From: Octopus vulgaris
Lineage: Eukaryota
Reading direction: 5' to 3'
Assembly (NCBI GenBank): GCA_951406725.2
Contig: OX597823.1
Location: 103,664,001 to 103,728,000 of the forward strand
DNA length: 64,000 nucleotides
Made by a program: the position numbers and the translations under genes. Below the pieces are notes generated by a model. That model saw only the letters and a program-made list of their open reading frames with translations. It was not told where the DNA came from and searched no databases. Shown here in pieces: positions 1 through 14,206 of this stretch. Each line of letters begins with the position of its first letter. Positions within the stretch are counted from its first letter, which is position 1.

Positions 1-158
1 TATATAAAGGTGTATATGAATAGATGTATATGTATTGATGTATATGTATATATGTATATATATGTGTATATATATATACATATTTATATATGTATATATA
101 CATATATATAGATATATAGATATATTTATATATATGTATATATGCGTATGTATGTATG

Positions 159-191
<33 letters not shown>

Positions 192-195
192 ATAA

Positions 196-226
<31 letters not shown>

Positions 227-500
227 TACTATAGCTTCAGGCCCACCAAAGCCTTGTGAGTGGGTTTCGTACACGGAAACTGAAAGAAGATTGTCGTATA
301 TATGTATATGTTTCTGTGTATGTGTGTTTGTACCCCCACCATGGCTTGACAACCGATGTTTCTGTGTTTACGTCCCCATAACTTAGCCGTTTGGCAAAAC
401 ACACCGATAGAATAAGTACTAGGCTTACAAGGAATAAATCCTGGGGGTAGATTTCTCCGACTAAAGATGGTGCGGTCACATGACTGAAACAAGTAAAACA
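227..500 (+). mobile_element. Headless copy of CORE-like tRNA SINE (family B)
   Basis: Shares body and tail (ccaaagccttgtgagtgg...gcttgacaaccgatg...gatagaataagtactaggcttacaa...tgactgaaacaagtaaaa) with the full copy at 54661-55082. Confidence 0.8.
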
Positions 501-1213
501 ATAAAAAAACTATGCCATTTTAATCACGGGCAACGCCGGTTATCTCTGCTAGTATGTACACATATGGAAGTGCAGCTCCGATACCTTTTAGCATTTATAG
601 TTGTAATATCTAAAACCCAGAAAAGACGTACAGAAGATTTCCCCATCATAACCAAAGCTATATTTAGAGTGTATGAGACTTTATAACATAGACTTATAAT
701 GAAAATATTCAGAAACCAAATGCTTTTTGTCTCCCGCCTCATCGCACTCGTGATTTCGTTGCCATTCTTTCGTTGTACTTTTATTGGTCTTTCTATGGTT
801 GATTGTTGTCTATATAATAGATTCTATTTTACAACCATTTACATAAGATCGTATGGAAATTCCATCTCGTTGATGTTCGTCAATGTTGTGTGTTTGGAAT
901 TTATGTCACAAAGGATAATTTAGATTTTGTAGTTCTTGCTTTTGATTTTTCTTTCTTTGAATAATTAGACGCGATTTGCTGAAAACATGTTAAATTTACC
1001 GAATTATGAGAATTAAGAGTTTATTTTCATGGAAGGGGAAATTGAGAATTTTGTATTAAAAGAGTTGACTAATGAACGGCAGACTACAGCGTATAGTCTA
1101 GGGAGGGGAAGGGGAGTAACGTTTGTTACTTGGAAGAATGAGTCCATTAATTCGTTCTCCTGTAAGCACAAAACTGTGTGTGTGTGTGTGTGTGCGTGTG
1201 TGTGTGTGTGTGT

Positions 1214-1361
1214 GGTACTGAACTGCTACTCATTTTATCGGCTGCGAAAAGATGAATGATTAAATCGACCTCGGCGAAATTCGAATTCAGAACGTAAAGA
1301 CGGACGAAATGCCGCTAAGCGTTTTTGTCCCGAGTGCTAACGATTCTACCAGCTCGCTGCC
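1214..1361 (-). mobile_element. Partial SINE family A
   Basis: Reverse complement matches the ggcggcgagctggcagaa...gttcaaattccgccgaggtcgac head of 33774-34010. Confidence 0.75.
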
Positions 1362-1859
1362 TAATAAATCCATTAATTAAAAGTTAAAATTCCACGGCTG
1401 AAGATCATATTATTCTTTAATGAAAATTTTTTTAAAATGTATGTTGGTCCAAATATGTGTAAGGCTTCTCCAGTTTCATGCGATGTCTAGTAACACCACC
1501 TGGCACTGGAATCTCCTTACTATTGGACATGCAAGCGGGGAGGTTTTGCCTTCTCGAGTTGGTTTTATCATGTACTGATGATTAACCAAAAGTTTATGAA
1601 AATTAAGTGTTTATATCCTCCCACTTTCTTTAGCTGTATTTCTTAGCTTTTCTCTCATAATATTCATCGTTAAAGAAAAAAGTGTTTTTATTTTTATTTT
1701 TAACATATTTATTAGATCCTCCTTAATAGTCATGTTCAATGTGAGCCCTCCCTTCTGAGGCCTTTAATGTATACAATCCTTAGAAACCGGTTGGATTCTT
1801 ATGAGACATATATACGCATATGTGTGTGTGTGTGTTTGCCTATAATTACATGTTTATAG

Positions 1860-2240
1860 ACGCACGTGTGGCTACGTGGTAAGAAGTTGGCTTCTGGATT
1901 CAGTCTCACTGTGTGACGCGCCTCGGGCCTATGACTCCTACTATAGCTCCAAGTGTGAGTGTGTGTATGTGTTTGTGTGTGTATGTGTTTGTGTGTGTTC
2001 GTGTGTCTGTGTATGGCTGTGTGTCTATGTAAGTGTCTGAGTTTGTTCCTCACCACCGCTTGACAACCGGCGCTGGTCTTTTTCGTCTCCATAAATTAGC
2101 AGTTCGGTTAGATAGCGAGATAGAATAAATAAAAACTTTTAAAAAGAAATAAGCACTGGTGTGCGATCCTCTCGACTAAAATCCATCAAGGCGATGCCCC
2201 AGCATGGTCGCATTCCAATGATTGAAACAAGTAAAATAAA
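1860..2240 (+). mobile_element. Diverged SINE family B with internal (GT)n
   Basis: Head gtgtggct..ggtaagaag, body cttgacaaccgg, tail cagcatggtcgcattccaatgattgaaacaagtaaaa. Confidence 0.7.
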
Positions 2241-2342
2241 AAAATATCTATATAAGTATAAATGAGTGCTTTCATATGAAAAAGTACACTACAAACAATA
2301 TATATATATACTTACATATAAGAGAGAGGGTGCGTACGCCGC

Positions 2343-2366
<24 letters not shown>

Positions 2367-2374
<8 letters not shown>

Positions 2375-3137
2375 ACAAACTGGGACAAGAACGCAAAACA
2401 TTTAGAAGACGATACAAAAAACACGGACAGGACATTCGAAGCCTTCAATCTTCAGTGAAGAACCGGATCATCCTCGCAATTTCGGCTGATTAATCTTGAG
2501 ATTGCACCGATCTGCCCAGCCCCAAGGAAAAACTAAGCTAAGCGCATTAGATTCCTTGGAAGAAAGCTTCGAATGTATACAGAACAAGGACAGAAAAACG
2601 GGCGATGTTACACGAATATGAATACAAAAATGCGTAAAAACAATAATGATAATACTTAAAAACAATAATGATAATAATAATAACAAAGACAGGACGTAAC
2701 AAACAGGCGTCTTTCGACAGGACGAGTAAACTTTGAGCTGGCATGTTAGAAAAATGCCTTAGGGCAGAGAGAAAAAATGTGTCTTGCCGCGACGACTGCT
2801 AAACACGAAAGGCCAACAGTCGGTCAGTCAGTCACGTGTGAGGAGAAGAGAGAGGAAAAGAGGGACAGAGGAATTAAGGAGGGGGAGAAGAGAGAGAGAG
2901 CGAGAAAGTGACAGATCTTAAACTTGGTACGACTCTATAACACTGTCTCGCCCCCTCTCCTACATTTCTCTGCTTTTCTCACTTTGCACTTCACTTAGAT
3001 TTTCCTTGGGGCTGGGCAGATCGGCGCAATCTCAAGATTAATCAGCCGAAATTCCGAGGATGATCCGGTTCTTGACTGAAGGTTGAAGGCTTTTTTGTAT
3101 CGTATTCTAAATGTTTTGCGTTCTTGTCCCAGTTTGT

Positions 3138-3145
<8 letters not shown>
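2367..3145. repeat. Non-coding cassette with ~150-170 bp inverted terminal arms (2367-2537 / 2994-3145) between (TA)n and (CA)n
   Basis: Arms are reverse complements; the right arm lacks a ~18-nt block. The ORF track shows the same peptide (KKYKLGQERKTF..) on opposite strands. Confidence 0.85.
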
Positions 3146-3185
<40 letters not shown>

Positions 3186-3191
<6 letters not shown>

Positions 3192-3860
3192 CATATGTGA
3201 GGGATGACCACCATGTGGATAATCCTTATGCTAGAAGTAGATCCGCTATGGACTAGCCACTAAGAAATATTCTCATGGAAAATTTAGCAAACACCAGAAC
3301 GTAAGCGAGCAAGACAAATGAAAAGTAACAAAAATATAAATTATTCACATACATGTTTCACTATTAACAGATTACGTAATTTTACTTACGCAATTTGTCC
3401 GTAGATCCTTAGTGTGAACGTCTATACAAAAATTATTTGCAGAACAATATATGAGGGCGTCCGCACGAGGTGGGATTTGTATATAGTTCTACCTATTATA
3501 CGTGCGGTTATTTTTCAAAAGTCCTCGTTTTGGCGCGCTAAATTACCGGAAAACAATACTGCAGAAAATAATTTACTGCAGTAGCCTTTGCCGGTTGCAG
3601 AACGTATTAATTTAAATTTAAATTTAAAATGACGGTGAGAAAATGAATATTAATTTAATCAGCGTCACTTTAATACCAGTGGTCAAGCATATTAAAATTC
3701 TGAAGGTTCAGTAAATTGTATTATATACATATGAGAAGGATGACCACCATGTGGACAACCCTTATGCTAGAAGTAGATCCGCTTTCGACAAACCACTAAG
3801 AACGTAAGCGAGCAAGACAAATGAAAAGTAACTAAAATATAGATTATTCACATACATGTT
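3186..3860. repeat. Direct repeat pair (3186-3358 / 3724-3860), pseudo-LTR-like, carrying a hammerhead motif
   Basis: gatgaccaccatgtgga...gctagaagtagatccgct...gaacgtaagcgagcaagacaaatgaaaagtaac...ttattcacatacatgttt occurs twice. The second copy has an internal deletion and runs into a SINE. Confidence 0.85.
3344..3418 (-). ncRNA. Type I hammerhead ribozyme-like motif with G5A core substitution
   Basis: Minus strand reads UUCACA-CUAAGGA-[long helix II]-GAAA-CAUG-UA-UGUGAA. Helix I is a perfect 6 bp, helix III is the palindrome ACAUGU, and the triplet is GUA. Confidence 0.7.
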
Positions 3861-4021
3861 TATATCCCTGTCACTTACCGGTTCGGCAAAGCGATCGATA
3901 GAATAAGTACTAGGCTTACAAAGAATAAGTCTTGGGGGCGATTTATTCGACTAAATGTGGTGCTCTCGCATGGCCGCAGTCAAATGACTGAAACAAATAA
4001 AAGAATAAAACAATAAAAGAA
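3855..4021 (+). mobile_element. 3' half of SINE family B
   Basis: cggttcggcaaa..gatagaataagtactaggcttacaaagaataagtc..gcatggccgcagtcaaatgactgaaac. Confidence 0.8.
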
Positions 4022-4027
4022 TATATA

Positions 4028-4141
<114 letters not shown>

Positions 4142-4798
4142 AATCTTACTTGGAAAAGGATGCGTGGCGTTCGATCATATAATTATATAAATAATATAAA
4201 AATATATGCATATATACATACATATATGTACATACCTACATACATATGTATATATACATGCATATATGGGTACAAGACATCAAAAAAAAAAAAACGTTGA
4301 ACACAATGAGAAACGAAAACATAAAAACAAAAACGTAGAAACGAACTTTGTTGTTGTCTTTAAGAAGGTGGTGGTCAGAAAGATAGATTCTCTTTCGTCA
4401 CGTGTCAGCGGTGAGAGAGTCGAGGAGGAAGAGTGAGGGAGAGGGAACGGTGAAGAGGAGATCCAAGAATTCAATTCACTGAAACTAGTGAATAGAGGAA
4501 GCATCAGTTTGACGGACGGAGACCACACCCGTTCACAATGCATGTAGAGCCAAAGATGCCTTAGCCTAAGCGCATCCCTAGCCCACCCTTTAGAGCGGTT
4601 CTGCACGAGAGACCGTTAGAATAAGTACTCGGCTTTGAAAGAATAAGACCTGGGAGCGATTTCTTCGACTAAACCTCTTTAAGGCGGTGCTCCAGCATGA
4701 CTGCTATCGACTGTTGTCAAATGAGTGAAACAAGTAAAAGAATAAAAGATGGATATAAGTATACATACATACATACATACATACATATTTAAATACAG

Positions 4799-4842
<44 letters not shown>

Positions 4843-5725
4843 GAAGAGAGTGAGAGAGAGTGGGGGATACAGAGATGTACATGTGTGTATGTGTATTTGT
4901 ATGTATTTGGTTTGAAAGTAACGTTAAAATTAAATTCAAGTGGGGAATTTGGGAAAAAAATGTAAATGATAGGGAAAATATATATACTCAGTAGGTCCAA
5001 GCACTCTGAAGAGAAGCGCATTAATTATGCGAAATTGAAATAAGACGCAAGGCAAAGAAACCTCACAGATATTAGTAATCTTTTCAACTCTTCAACTCAC
5101 AACCATGTACCTTGTTAGATACTGAAGCATACATGAAACAAAGCAAATTCATCATAAACTTCATGTATCATACTACATGTGTGTATTTGCCGATAATATA
5201 ATAAACGACAAAACAGATGTAAGTGCATAATATTAGTTCTGGTGATCGCTGCTTTGTACTTCGACTGGAAATGTGTAATGTTTACTCGATGGTTGCATAT
5301 CATCAACTGTTCACATGTATGTGTATGTTTATGTATGTATTTATGTGCTTATGTATATGCATGCATGTGCGTATATATGTATGTATGTGTGTATATGTAT
5401 GTATTCATTTATTAATTATACATATGTGTGTGTGTGTTTGTATATTTATGTTTATATATGTATATGTGTTTGTGTGCACTTTTGTATTTACACGATTTTT
5501 AAAAATATAGAATAAATATTCTATTCAGGCGGACGAAATCAAATTGCTCTCCAATTGCTAGTATTGCACCACACTCAGGAGTCCGTAGCAACGACAGTCA
5601 ACGGAGAAAATTCGTGAGCAAAGAAACAAGTACTTTACTCTGTCAGTTATGACATACACATAATTTACTATCCAATCCTGTTGGCGGCCGATATCAAAGA
5701 AGGTTCTAGTTATACAGCAGCAGCA

Positions 5726-6078
5726 GTGGAGGCGCAATGGCCCAGTGGTTAGGGCAGCAGACTCGCGGTCGGAGGATCCCGGTTTCGATTCCCAGACCGG
5801 GCGTTGTGTGTGTTTATTGAGTGAAAACACCACGAGGCTCCGGCAGGGGGTGTTGGCAGTCTCTGCTTTACTCTTACGCTCCCACTCTTTCTTCCTGTTT
5901 CTTGTCCCCGACTTCCTACGCAACCGCCGAGCCTGGATGCGCATTCATCCATCCGTCGATACTCTCGGTGTCGGGGGTTTCCCTTCTTTCTCTTCTGCAG
6001 GTCTTACGAATAACAAAGGACCACGTTTCGGACTTCTCCCACTACAGACGAAGACCGCTTCGCTCAACAACAACAGCA
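5726..6078 (+). mobile_element. tRNA-derived SINE family C, tail type 1, ending in (CAA)n
   Basis: A box TGGCCCAGTGG and B box GGTTTCGATTCC. Similar over its full length to the minus-strand copy at 15030-15394. Confidence 0.85.
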
Positions 6079-6887
6079 GAATTATAGTAACGCCTTTCTC
6101 TAAGACTAGAATTTGAGTTATCCAGAGACACTTATATTTAATGGCACATTTATGTCATTACACAGTTCAACGAGAACGTCTGATCGACGTGTTCAATATT
6201 CTGTGAAATTATTCAGTTCACTTTATATTTTCTTGCAGACTCATTCGCATTCCAAAGAATTTTACAAAAAGGCATTACCCTGATGCTACTGCCGTAGAAT
6301 CGGACTCCTCTCTTTGATGATTTGTGCCTTAGAATAAAGTTAGTAGGCGAAGCCATTAGAGTCCTTTATTTTATGGATTCATTTAAAGCATTCTCAAGTG
6401 TTCTCATTACATCTAAGGATAGTTTAAATTCTATCAGCTCCACAGACATACTTTCACCGATATAGCTGCGTATTGAAGGGGTTTCACGACTGATTCGATC
6501 TCACTGTATCTCACTTCAAGTAAGAGGTTTCCACTACAGTCCCGGATTCACCATTATTTTGTGTGTAGAATTTTTTCGGCGGAAACTGCGCGGGAGGGCT
6601 TTATTTGTACCGTAAATGAATCTCATTGCACGAAAACTAGTGTGACTGTTGTTTACGTTCCTTAACTTAAAGTTTCCAAAAATAATAATCGATGTAATAA
6701 GTACTCGAGAGAAATATGTTCAGAAGATATGCTCGACTAAACCCTTAAGGAGTGTGTGAAGCAAAGGAAAGAGAAAAGAATTATATGTGTATATATAGAT
6801 GAACTCACATACAAACACATATGTATGTCTGTATGTTTGTTTGTATACACATACACACAGCCACACACCCACACTCATACACACATA

Positions 6888-6939
<52 letters not shown>

Positions 6940-7288
6940 TTTGGGAGGTATTGGTGTCAAGAAGACTCAAAGGTGTCAGGTAATGCTGAGTAAGTGCTAT
7001 GGACAGACTAAAGCTCCAGGTGTCGATGATGATAAGAATGAGGAGTCCAACGTAGGTCGTATATTAGCATGCATATGTATAAAAATTAACAGAATGAGAT
7101 AAAAAAAAAAGTCACCATTCTGCTTAAATAATGGAACTGCTGATACAATATCCTTACGTATCTCACATCTGTTTTCATTCCTTCACTTCACTCTGTATTT
7201 CATATCTTCTCTATAATAACTACGCTGCTAAGGCGGTGATGGAGGATAAATTCATACACAAGTACAAAGACACACACAGATATATATA

Positions 7289-7679
<391 letters not shown>

Positions 7680-8658
7680 CGACGGGTTTATTTCGGTTGC
7701 CATCCACTAGATTTACTTCTTCCTTTAACTCTGTTTAAATGGCTTCATAGGATGCTCCAATATGTTTACTTATCTATCCTACAACAGACCCACGAATGAC
7801 CCCAGACTAAATTCATAAAGACATTTCCCCAGCTAATTTCAATACCAAACCCTCTCTTCCCACCAGCCCCACTTTACTTGTATCCTTCTCCATAATAAAC
7901 TCACTCACCCTCATAGATATTTCTTTTATTTTTACCTCTTCTCCACGAATATGTTTTCCTCTCGAACAGTGCTTTCTATACATCTCGATTGAATTCCCTG
8001 CGAATTAACACAGGATCTCCTCACGATAATGTGAACTTAATGTAATCAAGGTATCCTTGGCTTGACAAGTAGCTTGCGGCCTACTCCTGGTTTGGGTAAT
8101 TACTACTTCTGAGGTTCCGCTAGCAATGAAGCATATATATAGCCCGGATTTTATCGTCTCCATTCTTTAATCTTTGCATATTTATTCGGATAAACAACAA
8201 ACCCAGTTGCTAACCGTGAACTATAAAATAACTTTTTTTCAGCTTATCGTACTTCGATACGGCAAAAATTCCTAACCTTCTTGCCAATAAACCACTATTG
8301 TTCCTGATTCTTGTTTTTGATATCTTCTTCGAAATTGAAGCTCACTAACTTCCTCCACATTAAGCCTTGGTTCTTACCTTTATAAACTATCCATATTTCG
8401 CAGAAAAATCTGTCACCGTCAGATTTTTCTGCTAGATATGAATAGTTTATCCTGTTCATGCTATAATATTAGCATTCTCCTGAGTTTGAGAATAAAATTA
8501 TTTCCTTATCTGTATCTTTCAATACATCTCAGCACTTCTGAAGCAAACTTTAAAGGATATATTAACCTCACAAAGGGATGGTTATATCCAAGGGAAGACT
8601 GGTTCAAAACCTAGTATTATTGGGGAATGAAATTCTCTTAAGACAATTCATATGCATT

Positions 8659-9097
8659 AAGCATATACCTAGTATGCAGGTAAACGAAGAAAAGAAAGTG
8701 GAGGGTAGAAAGTGAATAATTATTAATTTATCAACGAATTAGTAATCTTTACTTCTTACAGACGTTTCCACTAATACTCAATAATTAAATTACAAATTTG
8801 AGCAATAATTTGCATTAATATTCTATGAGCATAATTTCATCAGAGATAAAAAAAAGTCTGCTGGTATGAACTGATAGATCAGCATGTAACATCTTAAGGT
8901 ATATCTTTTTTTTTTCTCTGATGAAATTATGCTCATAACATATTAATGCAAATTTAATGCATAAATTTGTAACTTAATTAATACGCATTAATGGAAACGG
9001 CTGTAAGAAGTAAAGACTATCAGTTTGCTAATAATAAATAATTATTAACTTCCTACTCCACTTTCATTTCATCAGTTAACTGGATAGGAACAATATG

Positions 9098-9100
<3 letters not shown>
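8659..9100. repeat. ~200-bp inverted repeat (8659-8856 / 8905-9100), each arm with a hammerhead-like core
   Basis: Arms are diverged reverse complements with a ~50-nt spacer, abutting (TA)n. Confidence 0.8.
8913..9010 (+). ncRNA. Hammerhead-like motif with long AU-rich helix II
   Basis: UUUCU-CUGAUGA(8918-8924)...GAAA-C-GGCU-G-UA(9005)-AGAAG. A mirror copy lies on the minus strand at 8752-8846 (GAAACGUCUGUA). Confidence 0.55.
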
Positions 9101-9144
<44 letters not shown>

Positions 9145-9245
9145 TTATATATATATATATACATATATATACATATATATATATATATACAGAGCCTCCT
9201 CTAACATGTGGCACTTAGTGAAGAATGGAGTTTGATATAGCTTCC

Positions 9246-9358
<113 letters not shown>

Positions 9359-9360
9359 TT

Positions 9361-9575
9361 GTGGAGGCGCGTAGCTTAGTGGTCAGGGTGTTGAACTCAC
9401 GATCGTAAGGCTGTGGTTTCGATTCCTGGACCGGGCGATGCGTTGTGTTCTTGAGCAAAGCACTTCAGTTTCACGTTGCTCAAGGCCACTCAGCTGGCAA
9501 AAATGAGTAATCCTGCGACGCCACTGAAACCGGGAAACTGGTCCTTATGAGCCTGGCATGGCACGAGAAGGAACA
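9361..9575 (+). mobile_element. tRNA-derived SINE family D
   Basis: TAGCTTAGTGG A box, GGTTTCGATTCC B box, then ttgtgttcttgagcaa..cactcagctgg. Related copies at 16632-16855(-), 36210-36400(+), 38800-39128(-). Confidence 0.8.
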
Positions 9576-9731
9576 CTATAGATATATTTGAACTCCTGAG
9601 GTACATTATATATTAAACTATAAATAACAGTTTTGGACAGAAAAACTTTCGCTTTTCCTTGTCTATTATTGTTGTCTGGTGTATCATTTTCTAACTTCTT
9701 ATCCGTTAGAATTTGAAAATCCTATAAAATT

Positions 9732-9834
9732 TTCTTCTTCTTCTTCTTCTTCTTCTTCTTCTTCTTCTTCTTCTTCTTCTTCTTCTTCTTCTTCTTCTTC
9801 TTCTCTCTTCTTCTTCTTCTCTTCTTCTTCTTCT

Positions 9835-9881
<47 letters not shown>

Positions 9882-9888
9882 TTCTTCT

Positions 9889-9935
<47 letters not shown>

Positions 9936-9992
9936 TTCTTCTTCTTCTTCTTCTTCTTCTTCTTCTCTCCGTCTTCTTCTTCTTCCTCTTCT

Positions 9993-10024
<32 letters not shown>

Positions 10025-10136
10025 TTCTTCTTCTCCTTCTTCTTCTTCTTCGTCTTCTTCTTCGACTCCTTCTTCTTCTTCTTCTTCTTCTTCTTCTTCT
10101 TCTTCTTCTTCTTCTTCTTCTTCTTCTACTACTTCT
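9732..10136. repeat. (CTT)n / polypyrimidine tract ~400 bp
   Basis: Direct reading. Confidence 0.98.
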
Positions 10137-10859
10137 TTAATCACTGAGACATATGATGGGCCCAAGAAATGACAGGTATAGTGTGACATTTTGCCTCACA
10201 TTTGAATATATCAAGGATGCGTGTCCTCTTGCCTCATGGTGTACAGTGAGAAAAGATTAAGTCATTTGAAAGAACTCTTGTTAACCATTTTAATACCGGA
10301 TAACTAGTACATCCCCTATACACACTCACACACGAATACATATATATATATGCATGCATACACACACACATAACTATATGTGTACATATACGTGTATGTG
10401 TGCGTGCTTGTGTGTGTGTGTGTGCATGCGTATGTATGTATGCATCTCTTTTCTCGTACTTTCTCGAGCAAGCACATTCTTATTCACACGAAACTGTTCT
10501 GAAATATTATATACAGTGTCAGCCAAGCAGAAAGCACTTGCTTTTTATAACGATCGTGTATGTTCCGATGCATGCGTGCTTGTATATATGCACGTGAGTA
10601 TGTACGTACGTATGTCTGTATGTATGTATGCATGCATGTATGTGAATATATATTTATGTATGTATGCATTTTAAACAAGTGTGTATGTAAATATATCTTT
10701 GTATATGACTATGTGTGTAAGTGTATGGACATATATATCATGCATGGTTTTTGTGGATTCTTACGTTGCTGCGCATATACGCATTGAAATGTATGTCAGT
10801 CTGCATGCATACATCTGTGTGTGTGTGTGTATAGATAGATAAATATAGATATAGATATA

Positions 10860-10965
<106 letters not shown>

Positions 10966-11004
10966 ATATATATATATATTGGTTGTGCATATATACTGTA
11001 TACA

Positions 11005-11059
<55 letters not shown>

Positions 11060-11163
11060 ATATGTATAGTTGTGTGTACTGGCGAATGTTTGTGTCTGTG
11101 TATGTGTATAGGGGCCTGTCTGTTCGTCTTCCTGTGTTTTTTTGCATGCTTCTATATGCATAG

Positions 11164-11205
<42 letters not shown>

Positions 11206-11373
11206 GTATTTGTGACTATAGGATTATGTGTGTTAGTGTATTTATGTATATGCATGTGCAATTGTTCATTTATATACGTGTAGCCGTTGGTGTATTGTGA
11301 GTATGAATAAGCATGCAATTGGGTGTATGTAAATGAAGATGCAAATGAGTGTAGTATATGTCAATATACATAC

Positions 11374-11434
<61 letters not shown>

Positions 11435-11621
11435 TGTGCATATTTGTAAGTGTGCGGATATTTGTGTATGCGTGTGTATGTGTGTGCGCGTATGTTTTGT
11501 CTGGCTAAATGTTTAAAAAACATTATTAAATGTTTTCGTTCAAGTGAAATTCAATCTTAAAAGCTTATGAATTGCTCACACATTCGTACAATTTCACATT
11601 CGTACAATTTCACATGAATAC

Positions 11622-11703
<82 letters not shown>

Positions 11704-11776
11704 AAATAGATACACACATATAAATACAGAAAAACGCTCATGTGTACATACATATGTATGTGTGTAATTGCATATG

Positions 11777-11834
<58 letters not shown>

Positions 11835-11843
11835 AATATATAA

Positions 11844-11874
<31 letters not shown>

Positions 11875-11887
11875 TAAATACATATAA

Positions 11888-11935
<48 letters not shown>

Positions 11936-12410
11936 TTTGTATCTATACATATATGGATATGCATACATAAAAATCTATGTACACATATATACATGTATGC
12001 ATGCATGCACGTATGCATGTATGTATGTGTGTATGTATGTATGTATGTATGTATGTATGTATGTATGTATGTATGTATGTATGTATGTATGTATGCGTAT
12101 GTATGTATGTAAGACGAATAACTAAATTTCCGATGTTTTTGTCGATGACAATTTCAGTTGTTCGTTAAAGAGAACCACCCACTCATTTAATTATGTGACA
12201 AGTGGCTGAGTAGTCCATGGACACTTTTTGCCTTAATGAGTGTCTGCGCGATGCTGTTTGTGACCAAAGCTTTGAATATGTGTAGAGTTTATTCGACGGG
12301 CTGTCAAACATTTCCTTTCTATTCAATTTTAGTGAATACATTTTCCCAACCCAAGACATCTGGACTGCGAACTTCTTAACCAATATCTCATCCCTCCATG
12401 ACGTATGCAA

Positions 12411-12519
<109 letters not shown>

Positions 12520-12537
12520 CACATACACACACATATA

Positions 12538-12928
12538 CAGGGTGGCCAGTGAAAGACTGAATGATATAAAGCGATGTTTTGGTGATGCCTCGTTGAGCAG
12601 AGCGACGATAGGTAGAGGCGTCAGTGCGCACAGGGCGCTTAAGCCCTCTTCCCAGAAGATCGCCGACTGATACAGGTTCCGAATCATGTTATCGTTAGGA
12701 GATACTCTGACAATAAAATGTTGCCGGTATTTTCTCTAAGTTTGAATAATTGATCTATTTCACGGAAATAGAAAACACTCTATGAGTTTTACTCGTTGGT
12801 GGACATCACACGTAGCCATTTTAAGCCCCAAGGGATAGTCTATAACCTGCTAATAAATAAATAAATAACATTAGAAACGAATAAGTTATGACTTTTTCAA
12901 AGCCCTCAGTTTTTCAGTGGCAACCCTG
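12538..12928 (-). mobile_element. Tc1/mariner deletion derivative (MITE-like) retaining N-terminal transposase remnants, probably rosa/DD41D-like
   Basis: 23-bp TIRs CAGGGTGGCCAGTGAAAGACTGA / CAGGGTTGCCACTGAAAAACTGA (3 mismatches). Minus-strand peptide remnants HQRVKLIE, RQHFIVRVSPNDNMIRNLY, RPVRTDASTYRRSAQRGITKTSLYII. Confidence 0.75.
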
Positions 12929-13001
12929 TGTGTGTGTGTGTGTGAGTGTGTGTGTGAGTGAGTGTGTGTGTATATATATATATATAAAACAAAAGACAAT
13001 G

Positions 13002-13045
<44 letters not shown>

Positions 13046-13094
13046 TATACATACATAAATTCATAAATAAATACATATATATATATATGTATAT

Positions 13095-13170
13095 GTTTCA
13101 TGCAACTCCATTTAATTGAACGATACAAACATTATATCAATTTAAAATGCAGAGCAATCTTCAGCTGCAC
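13095..13170 (-). ncRNA. 5' two-thirds of a hammerhead-like motif (helix III lost into (TA)n)
   Basis: Minus strand reads GUGCAG-CUGAAGA-UUGC...CAUUUUAAAUUGA...UCAAUUAAAUG...UGCAU-GAAAC. Confidence 0.55.
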
Positions 13171-13311
13171 AAAGACATAGAATTTAATTAAATTAGAACA
13201 GATGGACACAAATTGTATGGACAGTACCGTACTAAGTTCTGGTGCCTTCACATAGGTACCATATTCATCTGAAATCTAAAATTTTGCTGAACTCATCTAC
13301 CATACCAAATA

Positions 13312-13965
<654 letters not shown>

Positions 13966-14206
13966 CATACCTGTTTATGTACAGTCGTTTCCATAGACTA
14001 TGCATCCACATAAACATGTGCTTACAAACGGATACATTTACATAAATATATACACAAACATGTACATATACATATATACATACATACATACGTACGTACG
14101 TACGTTCGTACATACATACGTAGATACCTACGTACATATATAATGGGTGTGCACTATCAACGCAGCATTAATTTAAGTTAATCATGTATAATACTTAAGC
14201 TATATA

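Noticed and set aside
5726-5800. tRNA gene (also 9361, 15394, 47508, 33774, 54661)
   Set aside because: A/B boxes are present but there is no paired acceptor stem or terminator, and each continues into a repeated SINE body.
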